Shown here: positions 1-13,495 of the stretch, piece after piece | How the letters are laid out: each line of letters begins with the position of its first letter | Numbering within the stretch: the stretch's first letter is position 1 | From: Paraspadella gotoi | Lineage: Eukaryota > Animalia > Chaetognatha | Assembly: GCA_051294375.1 (NCBI GenBank) | Contig: CM119266.1 | Location: 578,837-642,836 of the forward strand | Direction of reading: 5' to 3' | Length of the DNA: 64,000 nt | The notes under the pieces: generated by a model | What the model was told of the DNA's origin: nothing | What the model saw: the letters and a program-made list of their open reading frames with translations, nothing else | Database searches by the model: none | Translations under genes and position numbers: made by a program

Positions 1-381
1 TCGTAGGCGTGTTTGACCTGGAGAGTAGAAACTGGTCAATGAGAGGATTATCCATGTGATTTTTTTAAGACTATAAAAAACTCAACGAGAATATCTTAAT
101 TACAATTAACGATATTTTTTCTCGTAAAATTATTAAATATACTAACCATACTATTTTTAAAAGAGCAAAAACTGTTAATCATGTGAACATCATCGTAAAA
201 TTAAACAACTTTAACGAAGAAATTGGGACATCAATTAAGTCGCGTTAGGGGAGTAAGATAGGCTTGGTCAATTAAGGCCAAACGAAGGGGCCAGTCCCGT
301 CCCTTCGGGGTCTCTCTCTCGCTCTCTTACATCGAGGTCGTGGGAGGTCAGGTTTCCAAAACTCGCCTAATCCCCACTAAT

Positions 382-427
<46 letters not shown>

Positions 428-457
428 CTCTCGCTCTCTCGCTCTCTCGCTCTCTCG

Positions 458-490
<33 letters not shown>

Positions 491-799
491 GCTTACTGGA
501 AAAAAATAACAAATTTACGCTTTTATCTTTTTTAAGTTTTTAAAAGAATCAAAATTAGGTTGTTTTTTTTCTTTCGGATGAGACGAAAGAAAAAAAAAAG
601 AATTAATCTTCGTCACGATCTGTTCTTCTTTTTTTTCTCTTGGGATAACTTAATGACAATACTTTTATTTAATTGATAACTTAATGACAATACTTTTATT
701 TAATTGATAAGGACAACCTTCGTGTTTTCTTAACAACGAACGAGAAGCTTTTTTTAAATTTTTTCCCTTTTTTTAACAAACGACCTTTTTAACTTTGGT

Positions 800-840
<41 letters not shown>

Positions 841-1833
841 TTGTCGTAGACTCCTCTGGTGTGTAATAGGGAGTCGTCTGCTAGCTTCAGCGCCGCTTCG
901 ATCTTCTTAAGTGACCTGAACAAAACCGGCATGCACTAATAAACAACGACGACAATAACAACCACACGTATTTAACTGTAAAGCAGAGAGGGTAAAGTTG
1001 TAGAGTCGCTAAACTTGTACTCTCGGGAGCCCCACCCATCGACCCACCTTAGTTCCCTATCCTTCTCCCTCAGCCAGCGAGCGTGGTTGTCCTGCTGCGT
1101 CTTCTTGTCCATGTTGGCGTGACGCAAGGTGAGGTCGAGGCCAGTCCGCTCAGAGAGAATGTTCACCTCCCGTTCTTTGGTGTATTCCATCTCTTTGAGA
1201 CTGTGATAAGAAAAAAATATTATTAATTTCTTAATTAAATATTTCATAATTAGAATTTAGAATTAAATTCAGTTTTCCTCATATTTAAAACTAAAAAGAA
1301 AGTTATTCTTCCAGGGCTGCAAATAACAACCAACAAAAGAAAAATAATTTTATCCATAAACTTTATATTCTATATAGCTTTTTTCCCTTTTATCTTTTTT
1401 TTTCTTTTCTTTTTTTCTTTTCTTTTTTTTCTTTTCTTACTCTTTCTTTTCTTAATTTTATTTTCTTTCCTTTTTTTCATTTCTTTTTTTTTCTTTCATT
1501 CTTTTTTTTTCTTTACATAACAATTTACAATTCTAAAACCCTTCGGACATACAGTAAAAGCAAGCAAACCCACCCAGCATTCCCTACCGTTGATCGTATT
1601 CAATCTGCTTCTCCTCCAAGGCCTGCTGCTGCCTGTCCAACTTGCTCTCCAAGTCGTACTTCTCCTCCGACAACTCTGTCTTCTTCGCCTCCGCCCCTTT
1701 GATCTCCGCGCGAAGGTTTGTCGCCGCTCGATCCAGATCCCCGCGTTTCTTCTCCAGTTCGTCCCGTTTCCTGGAATTAGTGGGGGGGGGAACGGGAAGA
1801 AAATAATAAAGAATAAAGATGCTGGAGAGATAG

Positions 1834-1871
<38 letters not shown>

Positions 1872-4800
1872 CAGACAAAAGAAAGACAGAAAAAAGCAAG
1901 TACAAAATTTATAGAAAACAAAAGGAAAAAAAAGAAAATAAAAAAATAAGAAAGAGGGAAAGAATTAATAATAGACACAATAAGACAAAATAAAAGCGAA
2001 ATAAACAATGCAAAAAAAGACAGGACGAAATAAAAAAGAAAGAAACAAAACAAAATTACAAAAGCACGAAACAAAATTTTTTAACCTGCTCAATTTGTCG
2101 GCCTCCTTCGAGAGTTGTCCCGGGACGAGAGATACGTCCTGCAATTCTCCCCGCTGTTTCTCCATCTCCTCTTGCACAGCCTCCGTCTCCTTGGCGGCGA
2201 ATTGGTTGGCGCGACTCCGAGTGTCCAACTCTTCCTTCAAATTCCTGTCCAAAACAAGTGAAACTATACATAAAACTATGATATTGGTAGAACCAATATA
2301 AAAATTATCCATTCAGTTAATAAATAAGCTATCTTGCCGCTGACTTTGAACAGGCTTTGGCGGTTTAAGGCTTCCATCACTCTTGCAAGATAATGACATA
2401 GCTTTCAATTAAGACTCTCTATGAATAAAAGACTGGAGATAAAGAAGAATTGTATTTAGTTAATGATTAAATCGTCTATAATATAGTTTTTTTCCATTCC
2501 CCTTAACATTCATGCTGATCTTACTCTCCCATAACCCTCTCTCAAGGACCCAACCACTCCTCACCAGACCTCACCTGCATTCCTGGATTCGCTGCGCCGT
2601 CTCGTGTTTGACCTCGTCCACTTCTTTCTCCAGCTGCTTCATCCGCCGTTCGATCTCCCCGGCCTTCGGGACCCTCGTGTACTCCTCCTCGACGACCCTC
2701 TTCTCCTCATGGAGTCCCTCGATCTTGTACTCCAGGCTGTACTGTCGCTCCTCCGCCTATACGAGACAATGGTGAGTCGAACGGCTGGGGAGATTAGCTG
2801 CCCTAACTTGTACATACACCCAGAAAATAAAGGAAAAGCAGACGAGATACAGATCTACTAACGGAAAGAGGGTGAAGAAAAGAAAAGTGTCGCGTCGACT
2901 TTACTTTTTTTACTAATCAATCAGCAGCAATAATGATTGATGATTCGTCGGTTCACAAAGGTAACTAAAATTTTCCATATCCTCTTGATCTGGCAGTAAT
3001 TTAAAATTTCTAAAGGCTGGCCATCGCTTACAGACGTTTTAATGTTCTTTTTTGTATTCTCTATTTTCCCGTTTTAACTTTTGAAGTGAGGGGCGTTGCA
3101 GAAAATCGTTTGATTTTCTATGCTAAGGGTTGCGCGTTTGATTCGTCGCCCGTACAAAATGTACGACAAGAGTTAATCACTTAATAATAATGAATATTTT
3201 ATTATTTCATCCAAAAACTCGTATAAACTTATTTTCAAACGGACAGACTTTTCAATAATTCGAACATTAGTTTGAATGACAGTATCACGGGAAACCAGAC
3301 TAAACATTGACCTTAAAACGAGTGGTTTCAATGACGGTTTCAATTAAGTTAGTGGTCAGACGGGATTACCAGGAAAAAGAGAGTCGAAGCGAGGTGAGGC
3401 GACTTACCACCGGTAAATTATTCTTCAGCCGTCGCTTTATAAATGTGTTGTTAAGTTCCAATACTTTGTTTAGTGCAGTCCGTCTATAAATTTAATAACC
3501 ATTATTTGCCTTTTAGGCCTTTAGCAACACAACTATAAGCAATACTTGTTTCATAACACGACAAAGCTAACAGCCCACTATCCTGCTGTTTCGTTTGAAA
3601 TTGAATGCTTCACGTAAAACACGCCATAAAAAATGAATGTTATTAATTAGCGACTTTTTTCTTTTTTGTCGCATGACAACAATACGGGTATCAGCTGTGA
3701 CGGGGAAAACCTCGAATTAAATTAGAGATCTCGTGAAAAAATACATTCATTTTCTATTTACAGCCTTTTCTTTCTTCCCGGGGCGAAATACATATACATT
3801 TTATACATTGTTTAAAACAACATTTACGCATAATCACAAAAAATTACCGCAATTATCGATCAAGGCTTTTTAAACTAAAAGAGAGTAAAAATCAATTTCA
3901 AACTCGAATCGCCCTGCCTTTCAGTTTCACAGAACATTTCATTTTTAATTAAAAAAATCATTTATTGCGTCGTTACATAAAAAAACAAAAAAAAAAAAAC
4001 AAAACAAGAATATGACTCATGAGCGATCAGTCTCGTCATTATTATTTATGATAAACGACCTTTACCTGAGCCAACTCATTCTGGTAGTTTAAAAGCTGTA
4101 GGCGGAGTTTTCCGACTTCCGTGTTGACGTTGGCTGGGAAATTGTCCTGTTGTTCCAGTTCCGCCTTCTGATTCTCCAGGGTCGTAGTAAGCCTTTGCAA
4201 AGATTTTCATACATTTTCGTAATTGCTCAAATCTTTCTTTATTATACGTACGTACGAATACCAATTAATAAGTAAAAAAAATTACAAAAACTTTGCGATC
4301 GAATTTTCTGATAATTATTTCGGGCTCCACTGACCTTTTGGCTTCCTCAAGCAACTCAGATTCATTCTGCCAGGAATTTCGCAACGCCGTCCGAAGCCAA
4401 ATGAATTTCGCCTTTAGTTCGGCCGCCTTGACGCCGCTGAGCCGACCGTCTTAAGTAGAAAAGGGGAATAGTCAAGGAAGTGCCACATAAGAACCCGCAT
4501 CCTTGTTCTCTCTCTCTCTCTCTTACACACTCTCGGTCAATGACCCGCGTCGGCACAACTACCTTGAAAAAGTTCTTGTAGACACTGAAAGGCCGGGCTG
4601 GTGGACAGATCCTCTTCGTTTTGAGTCTCTGACGTCAGACGGGGCGGGATGGGCGCGAGAGGCTCCACGTCATCGGCCGCGATGAACTCCTGCAGAGAAG
4701 GATTTGTACTTTCTTGAAAAAATTTAAGCAGCATCCTGGACAGAGAACCTGCCTCAGCCCTCAAGGGAAAAACGGAAAAACGGTAAAACTAAGAACAAAT

Positions 4801-5082
4801 AAACTTTAAATGAAAAAACTGGATGTAAGTATGCTTACGGTGATTCATACCTAAACCGGTATGACAGGTTAAATTTCTGTGCGGCAGCGATTTTCTAGAA
4901 CAAAGTCATCTACTAAATTTAGACCGATGCAATTTACTATAATAATTACAAAATTTTTAAAAAAATTATAAAATTATTAATAATAAAATGTTAACTTTTT
5001 TAAAGAGTATTCGCGAGTTAACTTAATTCACCTGCGATACGGGTCGGCCAACAGGCCCAAATTCTTCATCCTCAGAATTCAT
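1..5082 (-). CDS. CCDC146: Coiled-coil domain-containing protein 146 (ciliary/flagellar axonemal protein), 5' part; gene continues beyond the left edge
   Basis: Minus-strand exons with GT-AG boundaries and consistent phases: 5082-5032 (MNSEDEEFGPVGRPVSQ), 4689-4563 (EFIAADD...DLSTSPAFQCLQELFQ), 4449-4335 (DGRLSGVKAAELKAKF...NESELLEEAKR), 4192-4066 (LTTTLENQKAELEQQDNFPANVNTEVGKLRLQLLNYQNELAQ), 2756-2575 (AEERQYSLEYKIEGLHEEK...), 2244-2086, 1770-1588, 1200-1048 (LKEMEYTKEREVNILSERTGLDLTLRH...REKDRELR), 915-840 (SLKKIEAALKLADDSL...), 17-<1. From recall, these peptides are colinear with vertebrate CCDC146 motifs (DLSETPAF..LHEL, LKAKY, DNFP...TEVSKMREQLLKYQNE, ERGILDLNLR, REKERDFRNLRKME). Confidence 0.88.
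2283..2420 (+). repeat. Dispersed repeat family A, copy 1 (in a CCDC146 intron)
   Basis: TTGGTAGAACCAATATAAAAATTATCCATTC...GCTATCTTGCC...CAGGCTTTGG.GGTTTAAGGC...GCTTTCAAT.AAGACTCTC, shared with the copies at ~13.3k, 17.3k, 31.9k and 40.0k. Confidence 0.8.
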
Positions 5083-6454
5083 GTGGATTTAAATTATGAA
5101 TCAAATTTAGAAAATTTTTAACTTTGAAAATATTTCGGTTCATGAATAAATTTGATAGGGGATAAGTAATTGTGTCGGAATTGGCTATTAAATCCTCTCA
5201 AAATGAATTTTCAAAATACTTTTTGAGAATTTAAAACTTTCCACGTCCAAAATTGTTAATTATTGGAGACAATTTATAATATTTTGAGAATGATTTTAGC
5301 CAAATTATTAAAAGGTTTTTCCCTGTTTGATGATCCTTTTCCTTTCGGACTTCTGTTCATTTGTGTATTCGTCGTCATGACTTCGTTGACAGCGGCGGAA
5401 TGTCGTCGCGGCTGGCGCGGCGGCCGCCGTCCTCCGGGTCCTAAACAAGTTAAATAGTCCGAAGACAAATAGTTTAAAACTTTTCCTCAGATTCTGTTTA
5501 GTCTCGTTTTTTAATTATTTTGCTTCGTATTTCTTCTTCGTAAAGCCTTCGACGAGGAATCTAGAATCTTGACGGACGCAATAGCGAAATATCTAACGGC
5601 GGAGCGATATTCCGCTCATTTTTTGACTCTGGAATTGGGTCACGGAAACTTTGCAACTCGCCGGAGGGATCCTTCGCGAAGAGACGGAATTCTTCCACTT
5701 GTAAAAAGGACCAGCCGATGGAACAGAGGAAATACGACGCCGGAAAAGACTTCTTCGCTTAACTCGCCACTTTTCTCACCGAGGAAACCTCACCTCCGCC
5801 GAAAATATGGCCCTTGTTGTCCCCGTCGCGTTCAGGTACAGGGGAAGTTTTTCTCGTTTTTAAAGTTATAATACAAGTACTACTACTACTAATAGTTATC
5901 AATTCCCATCCCTAACGTTCTTCTTTAAGGTTGTTCTAAAAATTTTTGATGTAGTAAAGTTTAACATAACTTAAACTATAAGAAACCGGTTGAGTTGTTG
6001 CTTCTTTCTATTTGAAAGCGTCGTAATTTTGTGGTCAAGTTTACTTAGTTTATCTCAGTTGATTTTTTATGGTTATTCAAATTAAAGAAAATCGGTAAAA
6101 CTCCCTCAACCCATATTTTAATCTAATTAACGCTTGACTTAACAAGTTGAGGAGGACGAAGCTATAACGTCGATAAATAATTAACTGACTGCCTCCGACT
6201 GCTGCTTTCGGGCTAAATAGTTCATTTCCTTGAGAATCTTAGGCAACTATAGATTTTTCGTCTGCAGCTGCTCCGCTGCTTTTGAAGCTGGTGAGTTACC
6301 AGCGGTCACCTCGAAAGCTGTACATGGCGATGGCTTTAGATTAAGTTTTAAGAAATGGAAACTACTATATGACCACGAAATTCTATCGGCTAATGTTCCT
6401 CATCTATATCGAACATTTATATTTATCAAGATCCTACATCGTTTTTGCGCAATT

Positions 6455-6503
<49 letters not shown>

Positions 6504-8686
6504 TGAACTCTGAAAGATCTTCTCAATGACGAAGCTCGAAAAGGCTTCGCTCAATCGAAGCTTCTCTCCTCTGAGTGAATATTTTGCACTCTGTGTGAAC
6601 TGCGGAGCTGGAGACTCGAGGCTCCAGATCCCTCGATCCCTCGATCCCGAGACCCGGCTTACATCCTCGTTCTTGGTCGGAGACTTCGTGTTTTCCCTCC
6701 TTTGTTTCGATCTCGACTCGAATTTGGGAAATGGCCCCATTTGAACTTTTACCAAAAGAGTGGTATTGGTAACACGATGAGGAAACATTCATTCTTATAA
6801 CTTATAATATCGAGATTAGTTTATTCGTTGCCTTATCAATATTTCTCGATTTTGTGAACATAAAAAGTATGCTCGTTTTTATTTATAAGCTTAGGCTTGG
6901 GCTGGTGTTAACTGGGTACTGAAATTAACGTTATACATAATAAAATGTTCATCTTGTTTAAAGTTTTATATAAGTTTTTTATTTTCTTTGTAATTTGTAT
7001 AATATACAAACTTTATTTAGGATTTTATTATGAAAATTTCAAAATTACTTATTTCACTATTAGATTATTTTGTTACTTATTAGTTTAAAAAAATATTTGA
7101 TGAGGAATTTTTATACTCGGATGATTATTTTCCTTTTTTAAAAATCTTCATTTTTGGTATTGCGCTTATTTCAGTTTAAATTCAGATTTAAGTTTGAACA
7201 AAATTTCCGCTTTACGCTTTATTTTTAAATTTGATATCTTTATCTTAGAAACTTGTATTTAATATTTTACAGATAAAATTATATTCTTAACTGTGAATAA
7301 AAATTAAATACCAAAATTAAGCTATTGTTACTTGGCTACTAAATGATTATTTTCATTGATAGCAACGAAGAAACTAGAATAACTATTGAAGAAAAGGACG
7401 AAGGTGACATCCGGTTGAAATGGCGTTCATTGCGGCTGTCCACATAACCGCCTTGAGCGTGGACTCAGTCATTGTGAACCGTCGCGAAGGATGCGGAGAC
7501 CAACGTCTCCGATACTCTTCTCACACACAATGGCAAAGCCCGCGCTTAAGGTCATCATGTGCATCATGAATTTGAAAGATAGAGAGGCGACGATCGATTT
7601 ATGGTGAAAGAAATTCGAGAGAGAGAGAGAGAGAGAGAGAGAAATGGATGAAAGAGCTTCAACTTGGACGCGGACCCAAGTTTGAAGAGAGAAGATGGAA
7701 ATATTTCCGAAAAGACGGTCGCGAACCTCGCGAGAGAGAGACGTCGTCGAATGAGAGTGTCTCGGACTCTCAACTTTCACGTCAGTGTCATCTTAATTAA
7801 CTAAATTAAAATCGAAGGATTAGGACAGATGTCAACGAATCCCGGGCGAAAAATTACACGACGGTTTTTTTAAGGGATAGTGATTGTTCTTTACATAGAG
7901 GCAGCATTTAATTTTATACTCATGGTCAAGCATTTTTATTCAATTTAAATATATTAGTTTTGAACTTTACAATTTTAGTCGCTTTATTCCGTTCCCGGTC
8001 AAAATTTTTAAACTGGGTGCGCATACCTAATAATTTTTTTTTCAATTAAACGTTGGGGTCGTCCAAAGGACAAATCCTGCTGGTGACACAGAGAAAACTT
8101 TTTGCCACAAAATTTGAAAAGAAAAAAGCCGTTGAGATGAAATTTATCAAATTGTATAGACATTTTGTAAAACTTAAGTTTTGAGCCGATCGGAGATTAA
8201 TTTTTTTTGTAAATCCCGACAGAAAACCCATTTTAATATCCAGTGCTGACCTGTAAGAACGGCAGTCCCCAAGTCGAGTAATCGAATTAAGAGCATCAGT
8301 CTCAATTAGCAGATGTTACTGAGTCAGGGCATTTTTCTTTCCTATTAGAGAGATGGCTTTCAGATCGTTGAAAAATTTGAATTCTTTGGATCATACACGA
8401 GGTTGAAGGCATAATCATATTTATTGTAATGATAATAGCAGTACTAATGCTATTGATTTTCAATGTTTGAAAAAGGTTTATCAATAAATGTGGCGGTCCA
8501 TTTAAAAACATAAAACCCAACATTAATTGAATTGTCTGTAATTGGAAAATTGAGTGAGGAATGGGTTTTTGCCGAGGAGAGATTTTGTTTAATACTACAA
8601 CTTGAGAATAAAGATATTTAATACACATTTATGTACAGATGTCATGTTTTTTGTGAATTGAGAATTTTTATTTAAATTTCCCACAG

Positions 8687-11600
8687 ACGCGCATCAAAAT
8701 ACTTGGTTGCAGCCCCTGTCACTCAAAATGGTGCTTACGAGTTTCTTAAAAGTAAATCCCCTCGTAAGTTGCGTTTGAAGTCGTAATTAACTATCATTTA
8801 CAATGATTAATTGTTAATGCTTCTATTATCTTTAAAACATTGTAGGTCAAACCGGACGACGATCGTTGCATCACCAAGCAACGGCCAAGTTTCATAAATA
8901 CGCCAGCCGGTTTGAAGAGGAAGACAAGTCGGGCGTTCCCGTCGTGTACGGCCAGTTGGACGGGTTGCAACCGAAAGTAATCGCCTTCATTATATGTGGT
9001 CTGCAGCATTTGAACATGATGATAACAAGTTGTCACGTTTAATTTACAAGGTTAGAGATTTCATTATAAAAAGCGCCGCCCTTTGCCAACCGGATGCCGT
9101 CCACATTTGCGACGGCTCCGACGAGGAGAACGCCGCCATCTTGAATACGTTGCAAGTGAGTATAGACGGGCTGAATTGACCCATTGGGCGCAACATTTCT
9201 TTAGCAAAATAATTTAATGTACAGTCTGCTATTGAGATATACTTGTGAAAGCAATCCTGATACCGAGAATTATTTAATCTAGTAAAATAGATAAAAAAAC
9301 TTTTCCCTGGCGTCAGCAAGCGGGAATGGTCAAGAGGCTGACGAAGCACGAAAACTGTTGGTTGACGTTGACGGACCCGAGTGACGTTGCGCGAGTCGAG
9401 AGTAAGACGGTTATTTGCACGCAAGACAAAAGGGAAACCGTGCCGATCCCGAGGTAGGGATGTTCTCACTTTCCTCCTTTTACTCTTTGTTCCTTTCCTC
9501 CATAAAGAACTAATTAAACAATGATCAATAAATTAACATCAACAACTGTTTCGATGACGCAAAACGATATCCTCCGTTCAGAGAAGGCATCGAGGGCACA
9601 CTTGGAAAATGGATCTCCCCCGCGGAGCTGAGCTCGGCGCTGTGGGAGAACCGGTTCCCCTCTTGCATGAAGGGGCGGACGATGTACGTGATCCCTTTTT
9701 CCATGGGACCCGTCGGATCACCCCTCTCCAAAGTGGGCGTGGAGATCACCGATTCGCCCTACGTGGTGGCCAGCATGCGGGTCATGACCCGTATCGGGTC
9801 CAACGTCATGCCCATCATCGAGGCCGGGGCGGCCGACGCCGGCGACCAAGGATTCGTCCGCGCTCTGCATTCCGTGGGCCGGCCGCTTCCGATGAAGGGT
9901 GAGTTGGTTATTTTAAAGATTGGTGTAGTAGTTTCTATTATTACATACTTTCCTTCCGGTCATTAACATTGTAAAGAACAAATTTACCCTTATTTATTCC
10001 ACTCCCCTCCACAGAACCCGTAGTGAACAACTGGCCCTGTGACCCTTCGAAAACTCTCATCGCCCACATTCCCGAGGTCAACATGATCGCCTCCTTCGGT
10101 TCCGGATATGGAGGCAACTCTCTACTCGGGAAGAAGTGCTTCGCCCTTCGACTGGGCAGTATCCTGGCTAGAAAAGAGGGTTGGCTCGCCGAGCACATGC
10201 TGGTATTAGTTCGGTGACTTGTGGCAAATTTTACAGTATTTTACAGTATACTTTGAGTTTATTGAATGAATGAATAATTTTTCCCTATATCTTATTTCAA
10301 ATATTCGCACCCCTCCTTTCCGAAGATCCTGGGCATCACCAACCCGGCGGGCGTTAAGCGTTACGTGGCTGCTGCGTTCCCGTCAGCATGCGGCAAGACG
10401 AATTTGGCGATGATGGTGCCCTCGATCCCCGGATGGAAGGTGGAGTGCGTCGGCGACGACATTGCCTGGATGCGATTCGACGCGGAAGGGCGACTCAGGG
10501 CCATCAATCCCGAGGCTGGATTCTTCGGGGTCGCTCCCGGTGAGAGCTTTATAAAAAGTCCTTTTAAATTATTAAATTAAATATTGTTGAAAATCTGTTT
10601 AAAATTATCATACTCCTTTGAATAAGGTAGCCAAGATATCCTATGTTGCATTATAGCATTATATCGAAGGAGGGAAAGAGCCAGATTGCGTAACAGCTGG
10701 TTTATTGAATAAATAAGTAGAGAATTGAAAAAGAATCACGAATTTCCTCACTTGAAGTAAAACCAAAAACCTTCTCGAAAGGCACCTCCATGGACACGAA
10801 TCCCAGCGCCATGCAGACGATCCAGACCAACACGTTTTTCACCAACGTGGCCGAGACTTCGGACGGCGGGTTCTGGTGGGAAGGGATGCCCGCGCCGCCG
10901 GCCGGCGTCTCCATCACCAGCTGGAAGGGGGAGCGGAATTGGAGCAAAGAATCGGGCCGACCCTCCGCTCACCCCAACTCTCGCTTCTGCACGCCCGCCG
11001 CCCAGTGCCCGAGCATGGACCCCAAGTGGGAGGACCCCGCCGGGGTGCCCATAGATGCGATTGTCTTTGGCGGAAGGAGGCCAGAAGGTGAGTGGGAGGG
11101 GCAGAAGATTGGCCCAAGATTTCATACGAAACAATGAAATATTAAAGTTGTCTGAAATTAACGGAAATTATAGGTCTTGGATTGGGAGATACTAAATATA
11201 AATTTACATTATTGATTGGTAAAAACTCTGCTAGGCGTTCCGCTCGTCTATGAAGCTCGCGATTGGGATCACGGCGTATTTATCGGCGCGTCTATGAAAT
11301 CCGAAGCAACCGCTGCCGCGGAGTTCAAGGGCAAGGTAAACAGTTAATTTAATTTCCATTTTAGTTCTGTATTAAAACAATGAGCGTAATCCGTCAAAGG
11401 TGGTGATGCACGACCCTTTCGCCATGCGACCATTCTTCGGATACAACTTCGGCCACTACTTGGATCACTGGCTCTCGATGAAGAACGTCAAGGGCGCCAA
11501 ACTGCCCAAGATCTTTCATGTCAACTGGTTCCGCAAGGGGTCCGACGGAAAGTTCCTCTGGCCAGGTTCTTTTTTTTATTTCCATAGGAAAGAAAAAGGT

Positions 11601-12163
11601 TTTGTTGAGAGCGTTATCTCATTTTTTAAAAAATATCAGTTTGAAAATTTAGTTAGTAATGAAAATTTAGTGAGTAATGTATATGACCTCTATCTCGCTT
11701 CCCGCTAAGGATTCGGAGAGAACGCTCGCGTTCTGGATTGGATTTGTCAGCGAATTGAAGGTAAGTTCGCTCCGTAATATTTATTTACTTTTTTTGTAAT
11801 TTGTAATTAAATACATGAACGTTTTCTCCCTTACTTTGATAGGCAAACCCGTGGCGGAGTCGTCCCCGATCGGCCTTATCCCTCAACGCGGCTCCATCGA
11901 CACATCTGGCCTGAAACAGACCGTCGACTGGGACGCTCTTTTCGACATACCTAAAGACTTTTGGGCCGCGGAAGCCGAAGAGATTGGCGTCTACTTCAAG
12001 GTTTGTATTGCGACGTCTTAAATAGAAATTAATTTTAAACAATAATTTAAACAATAATTTTAAACAATAACTTTTAACTCAGAACCAAGTTGGCCAAGAC
12101 CTTCCCGAGGCAGTCGGCGCTCAACTCGAGCAGCTCAAAAAACGGGTTGGGCAATCGTCGTGA
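8687..12163 (+). CDS. PCK: Phosphoenolpyruvate carboxykinase [GTP], probably the mitochondrial type; first (ATG) exon not determined
   Basis: Phase-consistent exons: 8687-8763, 8846-8976, 9051-9155, 9317-9453, 9582-9898, 10015-10202, 10326-10539, 10782-11087, 11235-11335, 11400-11565, 11710-11760, 11843-12000, 12083-12163 (TGA). Hallmark motifs present: [48 protein letters not shown]-loop [79 protein letters not shown]. An AATAAA lies near 12225. Confidence 0.97.
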
Positions 12164-13299
12164 ATTTCTCGACCAAACGGTTTGAGGTTCGAAGACCAAC
12201 TCCCGCCAGGGACTACTGTTGCTAAATAAAAGCAGAAAAATCGATTATCGTTTATAGTTATAGTTACTTGTAGTTTCAGTGCGTTACGTTTCTTCAACGT
12301 ACTGTCGTTATTTCTCAACGATTTTCTTTTATTAAAACTAGACACAAGCTCAAAAAAAAGGGGGAAAAAAAACTTGTGCCAAATTGGCACCTTATTTTTT
12401 TAAAATTTACGTTCAAACGATTTATACTTTTCCTACCCCGACCAGTAACTTTTCGTCGATGCTTGTTCCTCGTCTCTAGTCATAACATAAAATTAACACC
12501 TCCTCTCGCATGAAACAAACGATTGAAAAGATCGTTAAAAATAAAAAAGATATTCCCCTCGCGCACCATCTTTTTAAAATATTTTGATCTGATTCCACGT
12601 TTGGTCATTCCACGGTTTGTCCTGAGCGAACGGACCGCGTTGCTCGTTGATTTCGATTCGACCCGTCCGTCTAACTTTTGACTAATAACAGACGTAGTTG
12701 TTTATGCAGCTCTAGCGATAATTGTTACTTCCAAGAAATACATATATTTTTCTAATCGGCTTATGCGTGTCTTTGCTTTTGGCCTTTTCGTAGTTAGTCG
12801 CTTTACTTAAAGTTATTTTGTATTTGTAAATCATTATTTCTCAGATTCATAATAATGATAGTGTATTTTCTTTTACGTCCGTTGTGTGATAACGATAACG
12901 AAAATTTTAATGATTTCAGATGTACATATATAATCAGGAGTTAGTACATTATTTCTCGCGCTATTGAGTATTGTCTTATCTAAGCAAAATGTCGCTTGCC
13001 GAAATATGACCCAAACGGACCAACCGTTGTTTATCGAGGTTAGAGATTATTCAGATTCATTAGGATCATACCTTCAACCATGCTAAAGTATTCGTGAATA
13101 ATTACCTGTGAAGCCTCAACTATTTTAATTCAAGTTCTACAATCAGTTCTTTTGTTTATTTTTTTACCGTCAAGTTTTAGGCATTGCATGAAACTCTATC
13201 TACCACTTGAGTGTAAAAATCAACATCTTGTGATTCTTTGAACATGAAACAAAAGAGCGTCTCTTTCATTTTATTAATTCTGGACCAGATTCTGGTCTT

Positions 13300-13495
13300 A
13301 TGAAATGGTACAACCAATACAAAAATTATCCTCTCATTTAATAAACAGGCTATTCTTCATAGTCATCTTGCCCCTGACTTTGGACAGGCTTTAGTGGTTT
13401 AAGGCCTCCATCACAAGATGACAGAGCAGATCCCTGCAAGCTTTCAATCAAGACTCTCGTTTATTCATTCCCAGAGTACCTCGGTTCCCTACCAG
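13300..13495 (+). repeat. Dispersed repeat family A, copy 2
   Basis: Same sequence as copy 1, extended by GTTTATTCATTCCCAGAGTACC..GGTTCCCTA. Confidence 0.8.
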
